A stretch of DNA of 64,000 bases. It comes from Isurus oxyrinchus (lineage: Eukaryota). Of this stretch, positions 62,485 through 64,000 are shown in pieces (positions within the stretch are counted from its first letter, which is position 1; each line of letters starts with the position of its first letter). Under the pieces are notes generated by a model. It saw nothing but the letters and a program-made list of their open reading frames with translations, did no database searches and was not told where the DNA came from. The translations under genes were made by a program, and so were the position numbers. The DNA is taken from contig JANJGN010000024.1 in the NCBI GenBank assembly GCA_026770705.1, positions 19,964,001 to 20,028,000 on the forward strand. Reading direction: 5' to 3'.

Positions 62485-63605
62485 GAATCATAGAATCAAT
62501 ACAGCACAGGAGGAGGCCTTTTGGCCCATCATGTCTATGCCAGATTTCTGCTGTAGCAATTTAGCTGGTTACACTCCCCTGCCATTTTTCCAAATGCAAT
62601 TTTTGTTCCCTTCAGACTAATTGTCCACTTTCGTTTTGAAAGCCATGGTTGAATCTGTCTCCACCACACTTTCAGGCAATGCATTCCAGATCCTAATTAC
62701 TCATTGCATGAAAAAGCTTTTCTTCATGTTGCCTTTGCTTCATTTGCCAATCACCTTAAATCTGTGTCCTCTGATTTCCCTTCCACCAATGGAATGGTTT
62801 CTCTCTATCTATCTCTCTGGATTTTGAAAGCTTATCTCAAATCTGTTTTCAACCTTGTTTCCTCTAAGGAGAATAACACCAGGTTCTCCAGCTCATCTAG
62901 TAACTGTTCTCTTCTTCCTGGAAGCATTCTCGTAAATCTTTTCTGCACCCTCTTTAAATCCTTCACATCCTTCCTAAAGCGCGGTATCCAGAATTAGACA
63001 CAATGTTCCAGTTAAGGTCAAACCAGGGTTTTATAAAGATTCATCATAACTTCCTTGCTTTTATGCTCTATGCCTCTATTTATAAAACACAGGGTCCCAA
63101 ATGCCTTTGTAACCACTTTCTCAACCTGCCCTGACACCTTTAATGATTTGTCCACATATACCCTATGTCCCACTGTTCCTGAGCTGCCTTTAGAATTGTG
63201 CTCTTTGGTTTATATTTCCTCTCCTCTTTCTTCCTATCAAAATATATCACTTCACACTTATCTGCTGTCCGTCCATTCTGCTAGCTTATCTATGCCCTCT
63301 TGAAGCCTGTCACTATCGACCTCACAGTTCACAATACTTCCAAATTTTGTGTCACCTGCAAATTTTGAAATTGTGCCCTGTACATCAAAGTATAAATCAT
63401 TAATATGGATCAAGAAAAGCAGAGGTCTTGGTACTGACCCATGGGGAACCTCACTGTATACCTTCTTCTAATCTGAAAATTAATCATTTGCCACTACTGT
63501 CTGTATCCTGTCACTCAGCCAATTTCGTATCCATACTGTCACTGTCCCTTTTACTCAATGGGCTTTGACAAGCCTATTATGTGGAACTTTATCAAATACC
63601 TTTTA
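62485..63605 (-). mobile_element. CR1 LINE 3' region
   Basis: Reverse complement of the CR1 RT C-terminus and tail; further CR1 scraps continue to the window end. Confidence 0.7.
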
Positions 63606-64000
63606 CAAACATACTAATTAGGAGTGGGAGTAGGACAATCAGCCCCTTGAAGCCTGCTCCGCCATTTAATAAGATCATGGCTGATCGGATTGTGGCCTCA
63701 ACTCCACATTCTGTCTACCCCCAATAACCTTTCACTCCTTGTTAGTCAAGAATTTATCTACCTTCGCCTTAAAAATATTCAAAGACCCCGCTTCCACCAC
63801 TCTTTTTAGTTAGTTACTTAGTTTGTTTTTTACTTATTTTTGAGTGCATTCCATCACTTACATAAGTATTTTAACAACAATACAGAGTGACAAATCCCTA
63901 ATAGGCGCTCTTTAAATCCTTCACATTCTCCTGAAAGTGCAGTATCCAGAATTGGACACAATGCTCCAGTTAAAGCCAAACCAGGATTTTATGAAGGTTC

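Noticed and set aside
53000-64000. SCN4B, expected downstream of SCN2B
   Set aside because: No recognisable SCN4B exon in the window

Overview
Repeat-rich vertebrate genomic DNA, most likely from a shark or other cartilaginous fish (inferred from Deu-domain SINEs, 69/70-bp satellites and the LINE/Penelope families). Three spliced genes lie on the + strand. (1) The end of SC5D (lathosterol oxidase) at 3-119. (2) A JAML/AMICA1-like type I membrane protein with 7 coding exons (8894-22400, 282 aa by my exon assembly). It has only ONE Ig V domain, an extra Cys pair and a YVTM (YxxM) tail. (3) SCN2B (sodium channel beta-2, 30876-52409, 218 aa), with a probable alternative terminal exon at 52974. 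The rest is mostly mobile DNA: a full-length but decayed 5-kb PIF/Harbinger transposon with TIR-sharing MITEs, two Penelope-like families carrying minimal hammerhead-ribozyme motifs (including fold-back copies), CR1/L2/Tx1 LINE fragments, two SINE families and satellites. Nearly all entries in the ORF track are spurious or TE fragments. Exon coordinates were read base by base; repeat boundaries are approximate.
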